Shown here piece by piece: positions 27,468 through 37,926 of a stretch of DNA of 62,037 nucleotides (within the stretch, counting starts at the first letter, position 1; every line of letters begins with the position of its first letter). This DNA is from Syntrophomonadaceae bacterium. GTDB lineage: Bacteria; Bacillota; Dethiobacteria; DTU022. The notes under the pieces were generated by a model. It made no database searches. It had not been told where the DNA came from and worked only from the letters and a program-made list of their open reading frames with translations. Where the stretch lies: NCBI GenBank assembly GCA_003554615.1, contig PWGX01000006.1, forward strand, positions 1 to 62,037, given 5' to 3'. A program made the position numbers and the translations under genes.

Positions 27468-27494
27468 ATTCGACTTTAGATAAAAAATTCCTGC
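27468..27494 (-). promoter_or_regulatory. sigma-H-like promoter of spoVS
   Basis: GCAGGAAT-N15-GAAT; spoVS is sigH-controlled in B. subtilis. Confidence 0.65.
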
Positions 27495-27524
27495 CAGAAT
27501 TATATGAATAATTTGATATAATCT

Positions 27525-28304
27525 TTATGTTAATTTGCATAACCGCCTTATGGATAAAGCTTCTCCGCTGTTTTCGTCAATTTCAAGGTCTACAGCATTA
27601 AAAACTTCTCTTCCCTTAGATATTTCCAGCTTGTGAGGAAGCTGGGTCAAAAACCGTTTCAATGGCCCCGCCCTGTCTACTCCAAGTATGGAATCATAAA
27701 GGCCTACCATGCCCACGTCTGTAATATAGGCTGTTTTATCCGGCAGGATTCTTTCATCGGCCGTCTGAACATGGCTGTGAGTTCCGATTACTGCACTGGC
27801 TTTGCCGTTTAAAAACCAGCCCATGGCCTGTTTTTCCGAAGTAGCTTCGGCATGCATATCCACAATTACGATCGAGGCCTGTTCTTTCAATTCGGGCATT
27901 ATCGCTTCGACGGTTCTGAAAGGGCAGTCGACAGCATCCATGAAAATTCTGCCTATCAAATTAATTACCGCCGCTTTTTTCCCGTTTCGTTCAATTACAA
28001 CGTAACCTTCACCGGGGGTGGTGGCGGGCGGGTAATTTAAAGGTCTGATCAACCCCGGTTCATGATCGATAAAATTAAATACGTCTTTTTTATCCCAGAT
28101 GTGGTTACCGCCTGTTAAAACATCAACTCCTGTCTCTCTTAACTCATAAAAAACTTTCTCTGTTATTCCGGTTCCGCCGGCGGCATTTTCACCATTGGCG
28201 ATAATCAGGTCATACTGGTTTTCGTTAATCATTTTTGGCAGTATCTTTTGCAGGCAATTCCTCCCCGGTTTCCCGACAACGTCGCCAATAAATAATATGC
28301 GCAT
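27525..28304 (-). CDS. ymdB: YmdB family metallophosphoesterase (TIGR00282-like)
   Basis: ILFIGDVVG, NGENAAGG, GNHIWD, DMHAEATSEK, GTHSHVQTADE. Confidence 0.93.
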   Translation of the reverse strand: MRILFIGDVVGKPGRNCLQKILPKMINENQYDLIIANGENAAGGTGITEKVFYELRETGVDVLTGGNHIWDKKDVFNFIDHEPGLIRPLNYPPATTPGEGYVVIERNGKKAAVINLIGRIFMDAVDCPFRTVEAIMPELKEQASIVIVDMHAEATSEKQAMGWFLNGKASAVIGTHSHVQTADERILPDKTAYITDVGMVGLYDSILGVDRAGPLKRFLTQLPHKLEISKGREVFNAVDLEIDENSGEALSIRRLCKLT

Positions 28305-28389
28305 GACATCTCCCCATGACTGTTAACTTGCCGCTCATAATGCATAATGCTTAGAATTTAAAACTAGACAAACTTTTCTCTATATACAT

Positions 28390-28417
28390 ATTCTTTTATC
28401 TACCGGATGATTCCTGC
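28390..28417 (-). promoter_or_regulatory. sigma-H-like promoter upstream of ymdB
   Basis: GCAGGAAT-N16-GAAT. Confidence 0.45.
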
Positions 28418-28551
28418 AAAAAAAAGTACCCATCATAATAAATGAATATTATTTGGGTACTTTAAGCTATTAATAAGGTTTGCAGGGCCTGTTTTACTTA
28501 AACAGGTTGTTTCAGGCACGCCTTATGGTTGGATAACCGTTGTCTCGCCTG

Positions 28552-30096
28552 TTATTTGGCGTAATCAACCGCCCTTGTTTCCCGGATTACAGTGACCTTA
28601 ATCTGTCCGGGATAATCAAGCTCATTCTCTACTTTTTTAACTATATCCCGGGCTACTTTAATCGATGAGTAGTCATCAACCCGGTCTGGTTTTACCATGA
28701 TCCTGATCTCCCGTCCGGCGTGGATGGCATAAGCTTTTTCCACGCCTTCGAAAGAGTCGGCAATGTTCTCCAGTTTTTCAAGCCTCTTGATATAAGCTTC
28801 AAGAGTTTCTCGCCTGGCTCCGGGCCGGACAGCGGAAATAGCATCCGCAGACTGAATTAAGACTGCTTCCAGGGTATTGAAGTCCGTATCGCCGTGATGG
28901 GCTTCAACGGCGTTGGCAACTACCGACGATTCTTTGTATTTCTTAGCCAGGTCCCCGCCTATCTGAACATGGGAACCTTCTGTTTCATGGTCAATGGCTT
29001 TACCGATGTCATGCAATAGGCCTGCCCGCTTGGAAAATGTGATGTCAAGTCCCAGCTCGGCGGCCATGATTCCGGCCAGGTGGGATACTTCAATCGAGTG
29101 CTGCAGAACGTTTTGCCCGTAGCTGGTCCGGTAGCGCAGTTTACCCAGCAGGGTAACCAGTTCCGGGTGCAGGCCATGAACCTTGGTTTCGAAGGCAGCC
29201 CGTTCTCCTTCTTCTTTGATCTGGGCATCGATTTCTTTCCTGGCTTTTTCTACAATTTCTTCAATCCTGGCCGGGTGGATCCGTCCGTCGCTGACCAGTT
29301 TTTCGAGGGCGATGCGGGCGACTTCCCGCCTGATGGGATCAAATCCGGAGATTATAACCGCTTCAGGGGTATCATCAATAATTAAATCAATCCCAGTTAG
29401 TGTTTCCAGGGCCCTGATATTCCTTCCTTCCCGGCCGATTATCCTGCCTTTCATCTCATCATTGGGCAGTGAAACGACAGAGACAGTAGACTCGGAAACG
29501 TGGTCTGCGGCACATCTCTGGATGGCCAGGGTAACAATTTCCCTCGCCTTCTTCTCTCCTTCTTCCCGGGCCTGGTTTTCCATGTCCTTGACCATCATTG
29601 TTATTTCGTGGTCTATATCTTCCCGCACCCTTTGCATTAATACATCTTTTGCTTCGTCTGAAGTCATGCCGGATATCTTTTCAAGTTCGGAAAGTTGTTC
29701 CTGGTGAAGCTGTTCCAATCTCTCTTCAGTTTTCCGGTTTTCTTCTTCCTTCTTGCGAAGTTCTTCTTCCTTTTTTTCAACATTGCTTATTTTGCGGTCA
29801 AGACCCTCTTCTTTCTGAAGCAACCGGCGCTCCATTCTCTGCAGTTCTGAACGTCTTTCTTTGCTCTCTTTTTCAATTTCGTTCCTAAGCCGGTGAGTTT
29901 CTTCTTTTGCCTCCAGTTCCTTTTCTCTTTTCAAAGCATTGGCTTCTTGAGTGGCTTCCTCAACTATTCGTTTTGCCGCGGCTTCGGCAGAAGAAATCTT
30001 GGCTTCAGCAATTACTTTGCGAATAATATAGCCAAGCCCTACTCCTGCCAGTGCGAAAGCTGCAATTATCAAAATCGTATTGGGCACATTAGTCAC
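28552..30096 (-). CDS. rny: Ribonuclease Y
   Basis: N-terminal TM helix, coiled coil, KH motif [14 protein letters not shown] motif LLHDIGK. Confidence 0.97.
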   Translation of the reverse strand: MTNVPNTILIIAAFALAGVGLGYIIRKVIAEAKISSAEAAAKRIVEEATQEANALKREKELEAKEETHRLRNEIEKESKERRSELQRMERRLLQKEEGLDRKISNVEKKEEELRKKEEENRKTEERLEQLHQEQLSELEKISGMTSDEAKDVLMQRVREDIDHEITMMVKDMENQAREEGEKKAREIVTLAIQRCAADHVSESTVSVVSLPNDEMKGRIIGREGRNIRALETLTGIDLIIDDTPEAVIISGFDPIRREVARIALEKLVSDGRIHPARIEEIVEKARKEIDAQIKEEGERAAFETKVHGLHPELVTLLGKLRYRTSYGQNVLQHSIEVSHLAGIMAAELGLDITFSKRAGLLHDIGKAIDHETEGSHVQIGGDLAKKYKESSVVANAVEAHHGDTDFNTLEAVLIQSADAISAVRPGARRETLEAYIKRLEKLENIADSFEGVEKAYAIHAGREIRIMVKPDRVDDYSSIKVARDIVKKVENELDYPGQIKVTVIRETRAVDYAK

Positions 30097-30388
30097 CTCC
30101 GTTTCATTGATTGGGCTGAAACTGTTTTGCTCTGTACACTGCTCTTAAAAATAAGATAAGCTGCGTCCAGGACACAGCTTAAAGAGAAAGGCCAGAAAAG
30201 GGTACAGTTTTCCCCCTTCTGAAAATTTGCATTATACTTTTTTATCTATCCGCAGTGCTTATAAGCACCAAGGGCTTTCTCTTAACAGTTATGTACTGAA
30301 CTGAGTCAGTCCATACATATTTTCTATTTTTCAATTTAATTTTAGCTTTTATAAAATATTATGTCAAGATAACGTCATAAAATATATA

Positions 30389-30877
30389 TCATTCCGCCGG
30401 ATCAAAGCCTTTCAGGGCTTTCATGATCAGGTTGTCTTGAAATCCGCGGCGCTTTAAAAAAGCGACCTCACGCCTCAAGCGGCGTTCTTTTTCTTCACCA
30501 GGTTCCTCCAGTCTTGCTGCCCTGGTCCTACGCTGCTCCAGGATTTCCTTTATCCTGGCCAGATCCTCATCCGGATCAAAACTAGCGGCGACTTTCTGAT
30601 CGATAAGCCCTTCGTCAATCCCCTTCATATACAGTTCATACCGGACCTTCTTGATTCCGTGACCGCGTGCTTTTCTGCCGGCGATAAAATCTTCTGCAAA
30701 CTGCTCGTCATTAATGTAGCCGTAATCTTCCATCTCCTTGACGATGGAGCTGCATATTTTCTCAGAAAAACCTTTCCTCTTCAGGTAATCAAAAGCTTCT
30801 CTACGGCTGCGGGCCCGGAAAGTGAGCAGCCGCAGGATCATATTGCGTGCTTTTTTTAGGGCTTCCTCTTCTTCCAA
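30389..30877 (-). CDS. recX: Regulatory protein RecX
   Basis: LLTFRARSRREA, GYINDEQFAE, FLKRRGF; directly downstream of recA. Confidence 0.9.
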   Translation of the reverse strand: MEEEEALKKARNMILRLLTFRARSRREAFDYLKRKGFSEKICSSIVKEMEDYGYINDEQFAEDFIAGRKARGHGIKKVRYELYMKGIDEGLIDQKVAASFDPDEDLARIKEILEQRRTRAARLEEPGEEKERRLRREVAFLKRRGFQDNLIMKALKGFDPAE

Positions 30878-30892
30878 CCGGTTTCAGCTCCG

Positions 30893-31996
30893 TTAAGACT
30901 GTTTTTTCTGGTTTTGGCCGGTCTTGTTGTCTGCTTCTGCCTTCGCCGATCCTTCCATCTTTGCATTTCCGTCCTCGCCGGAACCTTCTTCTCCCCTGGC
31001 TGGTACTGCCTGGGGCAGTCCGGCCAGTTCACGGACTTTCTTCTCAATTTCCTGCTGGATATGGGGATTTTCAATCAGGTATTCCCTGACATTTTCGCGG
31101 CCCTGGCCCAGCCTTTCATCACCGTATGAATACCAGGCCCCGCTTTTATTGATTACTTTATGCTCAAGTCCGAGATCAATCAATGACCCTTCTGCCGATA
31201 TGCCTTTGCCGTAAAGAATGTCAAATTCGGCCACTTTGAAAGGAGGTGCCACCTTGTTCTTGACTACTTTTACCTTGGTCCGGTTGCCGATAATTTGATC
31301 GGATCCAACCTTTAATGATTCAATCCTTCTTACTTCCATCCTGACCGATGAATAAAACTTCAAAGCCCGTCCGCCGGGGGTCACTTCGGGGTTGCCAAAC
31401 ATCACGCCTACCTTCTCCCTGATCTGGTTGATGAATACGGCGCTGGTTTTAGATTTGCTGATTACACCGGAAAGTTTGCGCAGGGCCTGGGACATCAACC
31501 TGGCCTGTAAACCAACATGGGAATCGCCCATTTCCCCTTCAATTTCGGCTCTGGGGACCAGGGCGGCCACGGAATCGACTACCAGGACGTCAATGGCACC
31601 GCTCCTGACCAGCGCCTCGGCAATTTCCAGGGCCTGCTCGCCGGTATCCGGCTGGGAAACCAGGAGCTCATCAAGATTAACACCCAGGTTGGTAGCATAC
31701 TGAGGGTCGAGAGCATGTTCGGCGTCTATAAAAGCAGCAAAACCGCCCCGCTTCTGTGCTTCAGCAATAATATGCAGCGCTACGGTGGTTTTTCCTGAAG
31801 ATTCCGGGCCGTATATTTCCACCACCCTGCCCCGGGGTACTCCCCCTACCCCGAGGGCCGCATCTATGGCCAGGCAGCCGGTAGGAATAACCGCTACTTC
31901 CGCTATAGCATCCTGGCCCAGTCTCATAATTGAGCCCTTGCCGAATTGCTTTTCAATTTGCAGCAGGGCTGATTCTAAAGCTTTTTCTTTTTCCAA
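30893..31996 (-). CDS. recA: Recombinase RecA
   Basis: [39 protein letters not shown]. Confidence 0.98.
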   Translation of the reverse strand: MEKEKALESALLQIEKQFGKGSIMRLGQDAIAEVAVIPTGCLAIDAALGVGGVPRGRVVEIYGPESSGKTTVALHIIAEAQKRGGFAAFIDAEHALDPQYATNLGVNLDELLVSQPDTGEQALEIAEALVRSGAIDVLVVDSVAALVPRAEIEGEMGDSHVGLQARLMSQALRKLSGVISKSKTSAVFINQIREKVGVMFGNPEVTPGGRALKFYSSVRMEVRRIESLKVGSDQIIGNRTKVKVVKNKVAPPFKVAEFDILYGKGISAEGSLIDLGLEHKVINKSGAWYSYGDERLGQGRENVREYLIENPHIQQEIEKKVRELAGLPQAVPARGEEGSGEDGNAKMEGSAKAEADNKTGQNQKKQS

Positions 31997-32039
31997 TTTA
32001 TGTTAGCCTCCTTAACAGGTCCATCCTATTTCCTCATTA

Positions 32040-32098
32040 ATTCTGTTTAAAAAGCTGTTTTCCTGCCGGTTATATAGTTAAAATATATAATAACTTCA
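32040..32098 (-). promoter_or_regulatory. Tandem sigma-A-like and sigma-H-like promoters upstream of recA
   Basis: Minus strand TTGAAG-N17-TATATA followed by GCAGGAAA-N15-GAAT. Confidence 0.45.
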
Positions 32099-32099
32099 A

Positions 32100-32708
32100 T
32101 TAATCGGAGCCATCTCTATTATCTTTAAAAATGTTTTTATGCGCTTCGGCAGGCAAAAAAGCCCTGTGACGGACTATATACGTGGCGCCCTGCGGAGATA
32201 ATTTGCTTTCATATAAAGTAATTCCATCGTTAGTGGATGAGGACGTGCTAAAAGAAGCCTCCTGCTCCAGGTAAAGATGAATCACTTTTCCAGGTATTGA
32301 ACCGCGAACCCTGCCGATAGTTAAGTGGGGTGTATAGCTGCGTTTTTCCGGCTCGAAACCGATCGCTGTTAGGGAACGGTCCACCCTGGCAGCAAGATTG
32401 CACACTTCTTCATTCCCCTCCCGGAGACCAATCCAGATCACCCGCGCTTTTCGGGGTGAAGGGAAAACACCGCTTTTACCACAGGTAATATCAAACCGCT
32501 TTACAGCTGAAACAGCTTCATCCAAACCTTTTTTTATCTGCTCGATTCGGGTTTCTTCTGTTTCCCCTAAAAACTTCAGTGTAAGGTGCAGGCCTTCCGG
32601 TTTAACCCAGCGGATCCCGTCCATGTATCCTTTTATTTTTTCCTGGAACGCGGCAACCTCGTTTTTTTGCTGATCGGAAAGATCAATTGCTATAAATAAC
32701 CTGGCCAA
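32100..32708 (-). CDS. thpR: RNA 2',3'-cyclic phosphodiesterase (2'-5' RNA ligase family)
   Basis: RLFIAIDL, HLTL and PHLTI (two HxT motifs). Confidence 0.92.
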   Translation of the reverse strand: MARLFIAIDLSDQQKNEVAAFQEKIKGYMDGIRWVKPEGLHLTLKFLGETEETRIEQIKKGLDEAVSAVKRFDITCGKSGVFPSPRKARVIWIGLREGNEEVCNLAARVDRSLTAIGFEPEKRSYTPHLTIGRVRGSIPGKVIHLYLEQEASFSTSSSTNDGITLYESKLSPQGATYIVRHRAFLPAEAHKNIFKDNRDGSD

Positions 32709-32751
32709 AACAAATGAACCCTCCCATTTCGCCTTATTCTTACATGCTTTT

Positions 32752-33996
32752 TTACTGCTGTCTTTTTACACCCAGCGCTTCTCTCCTGATCATATCCAGG
32801 GCCACCTGGGCCGTCCTCTCCTTGACCGCCAGCCGTCCGCCGCCCAGGTTTAACTTTTTGCAATAGCATTCCCGTCCGTTGTCCAGGGCGATATAAACCA
32901 GGCCGACCGGTTTCTGGGGTGTGCCGCCGTCCGGCCCGGCAATCCCGGTAATGCCCACCGCCAGATCGCTACTGAATTTTGCCCTGGCGCCAGTGGCCAG
33001 GGCCATGGCCACCGGTTCGCTGACCTGACCTTCCTTAACCATGAGGCTCTTATCCACTCCCAGACCGCCCCGTTTTGCTTCCCCGCTGTAGGCTACCATT
33101 CCGCCAACGTAAAACATTGAACTGCCTGGGATATCTGTGATCAGGCTGGATAGCAGCCCGCCGCTGCAAGACTCTGCCAGGGACAGGGTTATATTTTGAC
33201 CGGTCAACAGTTCAGCCACTTTTCCGGACAGGGTATCGTCGTCGCTGCCATAAATATGATCTCCGAGCAGCTCTCTGAGCCTGTTTTCCGCTTTTTCAAT
33301 AGCAGCCGCTGCTTCTTCTTCGCTGCCCCGTCCCTTGATCTGCAGGTGGACTTCATACCCCCTGGCCACATATGAGATTGGGGGGAGACCCCACTCCCCG
33401 AAGTTTTTAATTTTATCTTCCAGGCTCGATTCGCCTATGCCGCAGCATTTAAGAGTTTTTAACCTGCTCAAACTGCCCCGGTTGAAATCTTTCAAAACCG
33501 GCAGGACCGAATGATCGAACATGGGAATTAATTCATTCGGCGGGCCGGGCAGCATGACAATTAGCCTGCCCTCTTTTTTTATTATTGAACCCGGCGCTGT
33601 TCCGCCATGATTTTTCAGTAAGGTGGCTCCTTCCGGAATCATGGCCTGCTTGCGGTTATTGTCGGTCATTTTGAGGCCCCGGCCGCTGAAAAATTTCTCG
33701 ATCCTTTCCAGCCAGTTCCGGTCCAGAGCAAGCCTGAGGCCGAGGGCAGAAGCAACTGCTTCGCTGGTCATATCATCATCGGTCGGGCCGAGCCCCCCGG
33801 TGATGATCACGATTTCGCTGTTTTCAAGGGCCCTTTCCAGAACCGTGTTAATTGCCTCCGTGCTGTCAGCCACCACCGCCGCTTCACGGACTTCGATTCC
33901 CGCCGACCAGAGCCTCCTGGCCAGAAAACCGGAATTGATGTTTTCTATTAATCCGGTCAGCAGTTCATTTCCTACACAAATCAGGTCAGCCTGCAA
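32752..33996 (-). CDS. cinA: Competence/damage-inducible protein A (NMN deamidase)
   Basis: VGNELL, TGGLGPTDDD, LPGPPNE, AESCSGG, GITGIAGPDGG. Confidence 0.94.
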   Translation of the reverse strand: MQADLICVGNELLTGLIENINSGFLARRLWSAGIEVREAAVVADSTEAINTVLERALENSEIVIITGGLGPTDDDMTSEAVASALGLRLALDRNWLERIEKFFSGRGLKMTDNNRKQAMIPEGATLLKNHGGTAPGSIIKKEGRLIVMLPGPPNELIPMFDHSVLPVLKDFNRGSLSRLKTLKCCGIGESSLEDKIKNFGEWGLPPISYVARGYEVHLQIKGRGSEEEAAAAIEKAENRLRELLGDHIYGSDDDTLSGKVAELLTGQNITLSLAESCSGGLLSSLITDIPGSSMFYVGGMVAYSGEAKRGGLGVDKSLMVKEGQVSEPVAMALATGARAKFSSDLAVGITGIAGPDGGTPQKPVGLVYIALDNGRECYCKKLNLGGGRLAVKERTAQVALDMIRREALGVKRQQ

Positions 33997-34022
33997 TGTT
34001 TTTCACCCTTCGCAAAATCTAT

Positions 34023-35363
34023 TTATCGGGGCAGTCGATCAATTAACAGCGGTTTTGCCGCCAACAGGTTGTAAGGCCCGGCAGCTTTTATTTCAGCCGA
34101 AACCCAGGACCCCGGCTTCAGCTCTTCCACTGAACGAAAATAAACCAGGCCATCCACTTCCGGGGCCTGGTATTCAGTCCGGCCGTAATGCCAGCTGACG
34201 CCCGTTTTCACTTTCCCTTCGACAAGGATTGGCAGCCTCAGACCCAGGTATTTTTGGTTGATTTGGCGGACCACCCGTTTTTGTTTCAGCATTAACTCTT
34301 TGAAGCGTTTCCTGCCAACCCGGGCGGGAACCTGCTGCTCCAGGCTGCCGGCAGGGGTTTCTTCCTGGCGGGAATACGTGAAGGCACCGAGGCTTTCAAA
34401 GGGATGCTCTTTAATAAAGTTGAGCAAATCCAGGAAATGCCGTTCGGTCTCCCCGGGATAGCCGACCATCACGGTGGTCCTCAGGGCCAGGTCCGGAATC
34501 CTGCGGCGCAGTTTTGCAAAAAGTGACCGCAAATTTTCCTGCCTGTAATGCCTGCCCATCTGCTTAAGAATATAGTCACTGCCGTGCTGGATGGGAATAT
34601 CCAGGTAATTGCAAATCCTGTTTTCTTCCCGGATCAACTCTATTAAACTATCATCGATCCTGGAAGGATAAGTATACATAATACGGAGCCGGAAATTGCG
34701 ATCAAGCTGCAGTATTTGTTTGAGCAGACCGGCCAGGTTGGGCCGCTCTTCCAGGTCTGTGCCGTAGGCGGTGGTATCCTGGGCAATCAGGTTTATTTCA
34801 AAAGCTCCACGATCAAGCAGATCCTCTACTTCAGCCACGATCTCTTCGGGAGCCCTGCTCCGGTACGGGCCCCTGATTGAAGGAATCATGCAGTAATGGC
34901 AGCGGTTATCGCAGCCATCGGCGATCTTTACGAAAGCAGTGTGAACGGGAGTAGTTAGAACCCGGGTAGAAAGTGAGCTATACTCGCTTGAGGGGGCACT
35001 TTTAAGCACCGGGCGCTTGCCGGAAAAAAGTGCTTCCATAAACTGATCCAGTTCCCGGTAACTGTGCACCCCGATTGCCCCGTCAAGCTCCGGAATACTG
35101 TCCATAATCCCTGCGCCGTAAACTTCAACCAGGCAGCCGGCGGCAATCAGTTTAGGACGTTCTGAGCCTCCGGTATCGACCATTTCCAGGATCGTATTGA
35201 TCGATTCCTGCTGGGCATCCTCTATAAACCCGCAGGTATTGATAAAAATAACATCAGCCGAATCATAGTGGTCGGTTAATATATATCCGTTTTTGGCCAG
35301 GTAGCCAAGTACTTCTTCTGTATCGATCCTGTTTTTGGAGCAGCCAAGCGATATCGCGGCCAC
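34023..35363 (-). CDS. rimO: Ribosomal protein S12 methylthiotransferase RimO
   Basis: SLGCSKNRIDTE, INTCGFIEDA, KIADGCDNRCHYC, APEVDG. Confidence 0.94.
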   Translation of the reverse strand: MAAISLGCSKNRIDTEEVLGYLAKNGYILTDHYDSADVIFINTCGFIEDAQQESINTILEMVDTGGSERPKLIAAGCLVEVYGAGIMDSIPELDGAIGVHSYRELDQFMEALFSGKRPVLKSAPSSEYSSLSTRVLTTPVHTAFVKIADGCDNRCHYCMIPSIRGPYRSRAPEEIVAEVEDLLDRGAFEINLIAQDTTAYGTDLEERPNLAGLLKQILQLDRNFRLRIMYTYPSRIDDSLIELIREENRICNYLDIPIQHGSDYILKQMGRHYRQENLRSLFAKLRRRIPDLALRTTVMVGYPGETERHFLDLLNFIKEHPFESLGAFTYSRQEETPAGSLEQQVPARVGRKRFKELMLKQKRVVRQINQKYLGLRLPILVEGKVKTGVSWHYGRTEYQAPEVDGLVYFRSVEELKPGSWVSAEIKAAGPYNLLAAKPLLIDRLPR

Positions 35364-35514
35364 TTTAATTCCTGCCGGATCTCGTTCCGGGTTGTCAGTG
35401 CTGTTAGAATAACGGATAATATCATTCCCCTGCTTTCTGGCAAAATACGGGTCGTTGTCAAAAATAATCTAAAATTGCTCTCAGGGTTAAGCGAGCTGCC
35501 GTGTGCCAAAACTG

Positions 35515-37836
35515 CTAATCATTTTCCTGTTTGCTTTCTTCGCAAATTTTAGCCGCCTGCTCCGGGGTGACCAGGATTTCCCTGGGTTTGCTTCCTTCAA
35601 ACTGCCCCACAACGCCCTTTCTTTCCAAGTCGTCAATCAGCCGCGCCGCCCTGGTATACCCAATCCTGAACCTTCTTTGGAGCAGCGATATTGAAGCCTG
35701 GCCAGTCCTTACCACCAGGTCAACGGCTTCGGCAAAAAGGGCATCCGTTTCTTCTTCTTCAACTTCTTCCGGAGTTTCAAGGAAATTGCTCCCGTTTTCT
35801 TGCTCCACCAGTCCCTGTTCTTTTATGAAATCGGTAATATTTTTGACTTCCTCTTCGCTGATGAAGGCGCCCTGGACCCGGAAAGGCTTAACCGCCCCGA
35901 CGGGGTAAAAAAGCATATCGCCGCGGCCGAGCAATTTTTCCGCCCCGGCCATGTCCAGAATCGTCCGGGAATCGAACTGGGAAGAAACTGTAAAGGCAAC
36001 CCGGGAAGTGATGTTGGCTTTTATAATACCGGTTAGGACATCTACGGAAGGCCTTTGAGTGGCAACAATAAGATGTATTCCGGCTGCCCGTGACATCTGG
36101 GCCAGCCTGGCAATGGCATCTTCCACTTCACCGGGTGATACATGCATCAGGTCGGCCAGTTCGTCGATAATGATCACGATAAAGGGAAGGTTTTCCAGCT
36201 CATCATCCCTGGACGCCATCTCGTTGTATGTGCTGATATCGCGAACCCCAAGGCGGGCAAAAAGATCATAACGGCGTCCCATTTCCCGGACCATGTTTCT
36301 TAAAGCCAGCGAAGCTTTGCGCGGGTCGGTCAGGACCGGCATTAAAAGGTGAGGGATACCGTTATAAGCACTGAGTTCGACCACTTTCGGGTCGATCATC
36401 ATAAACCGCAGCTGCTCCGGGTGCGCTTTATATAAAATACCGGTGACAAGGGTGTTAAGGCAGACGCTTTTACCGGATCCTGTCGCTCCGGCAATTAAAA
36501 GGTGGGGCATTTTAGCCAGGTCGGCGATTACGGGCCCCCCGGTTATATCCTTACCCAGGCCGATGGTCAACGGGGAAGCACTCTTCTTAAAGTTATTTTC
36601 TTCAATCACTTCCCTTAAATGAACGAGTGAGATAATACTGTTCGGGACTTCGATGCCAAGGGCCGCTTTGCCGGGAATAGGAGCTTCGATCCTGACCAGC
36701 GGGGCGGCCAGGTTTAGGGCCAGGTCGTCAGAAAGGCCAATAATTTTACTTACTTTAACCCCGGCTTCCGGCTGGACTTCGAAGCGGGTAACCGTCGGTC
36801 CGGCCTGAACATGGGTTACCCTGGCCTGCACTCCGAAATTTCGGAGGGTATTTTCCAGTTTCCTGGCTCTATCCCTGCTGTTCTTTAACTGGTGATCGCC
36901 GTTAGAGCGGGGCAGAGATAGCAGTTCCAGCGGGGGATAAATATAGTCGGAAAAAGATTTACCTTTTTTACCCACCACGGCCGGCAGATCACCCGCGCCA
37001 TTTTCCCTTTGCGGCTCGTTTATGTTAAGCTGCCTTTCTTGCTGGTAACTCCCGGTTTCCGCTGCCGCCGTTTGTCCGGCAGGATCATTCCAAACCTGGA
37101 CCGGCGGCGCAGGCGGTTGATCGGGTGCCGGCTGTTCCGGCAGGGCCTCGGCCGAGTTTATTTCAGCGGCGGCCTTCCTTTTCTCGGCGGCATCTCTAAT
37201 TTTCTCCTTAGAACCGGCCACTCCTTTTCCGGCCACTCCGGACAGCCCCCGAAACAGCTTTTTCAAGAACTCGTAAACTCGCTCCAACATCCGCAGGAAA
37301 ATATTGAGAAGCCGGTTAACCGAAATATCAACTACCATGAGAACAGAAATCAGGGCCAGGGCAAAAAGCAAGATCCGGGTCCCGGTAATTCCGATCGAAA
37401 AATACAGGGCCACCGCAAAGGCTGCTCCAATTGCCCCTCCTCCTTCGCCCTGCAGCCCCGGCAAAAAACTGCCCATGATTAAGTCGTTTGCCGGCAGGTA
37501 AGCCAACCTGCCGATAATATACTGCAGGTGGATCCAGATCATGGCCAGGACCGAAAGGATTAACAATCCGGTCATTCTAGACTTGACATTAAAATTTTCA
37601 CCGGGAATTATTAAACGCAAACCCAGAATCCCGATAAATAAAGGCACTACTACTGCCGCTTCGCCGGCCATAGTTCTTAATACGGTGCTGACAACCAGGC
37701 CCACTCCTCCGGTTTGGTCGGTTTGGACCAGGCCGACATAACAAAATACGGCCAGGGCCACCAGTAAAATGCCCTTAACCTGACCCTGCATCTCCTGACT
37801 GGAGCGCTTTTTACGTTTTTTGGCCAAAAAAAACAA
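35515..37836 (-). CDS. ftsK: DNA translocase FtsK/SpoIIIE
   Basis: N-terminal TM segments, GPTVTRFE, PHLLIAGATGSGKS, ATQRPSVD, gamma domain IGYTRAARLID. Confidence 0.96.
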   Translation of the reverse strand: MFFLAKKRKKRSSQEMQGQVKGILLVALAVFCYVGLVQTDQTGGVGLVVSTVLRTMAGEAAVVVPLFIGILGLRLIIPGENFNVKSRMTGLLILSVLAMIWIHLQYIIGRLAYLPANDLIMGSFLPGLQGEGGGAIGAAFAVALYFSIGITGTRILLFALALISVLMVVDISVNRLLNIFLRMLERVYEFLKKLFRGLSGVAGKGVAGSKEKIRDAAEKRKAAAEINSAEALPEQPAPDQPPAPPVQVWNDPAGQTAAAETGSYQQERQLNINEPQRENGAGDLPAVVGKKGKSFSDYIYPPLELLSLPRSNGDHQLKNSRDRARKLENTLRNFGVQARVTHVQAGPTVTRFEVQPEAGVKVSKIIGLSDDLALNLAAPLVRIEAPIPGKAALGIEVPNSIISLVHLREVIEENNFKKSASPLTIGLGKDITGGPVIADLAKMPHLLIAGATGSGKSVCLNTLVTGILYKAHPEQLRFMMIDPKVVELSAYNGIPHLLMPVLTDPRKASLALRNMVREMGRRYDLFARLGVRDISTYNEMASRDDELENLPFIVIIIDELADLMHVSPGEVEDAIARLAQMSRAAGIHLIVATQRPSVDVLTGIIKANITSRVAFTVSSQFDSRTILDMAGAEKLLGRGDMLFYPVGAVKPFRVQGAFISEEEVKNITDFIKEQGLVEQENGSNFLETPEEVEEEETDALFAEAVDLVVRTGQASISLLQRRFRIGYTRAARLIDDLERKGVVGQFEGSKPREILVTPEQAAKICEESKQEND

Positions 37837-37876
37837 CCACCTTGATAAATTTTACCAATTTTTCCTGCTACAGAGC

Positions 37877-37905
37877 ATTATAAAACACTTGTTCAAGAAA
37901 GTAAA
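37877..37905 (-). promoter_or_regulatory. ftsK sigma-A promoter with SOS box in the spacer
   Basis: TTTACT-N17-TATAAT; spacer contains GAAC-AAGT-GTTT (37894-37883). Confidence 0.6.
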
Positions 37906-37926
37906 GGTTTAAAACAACCCTTGTAA

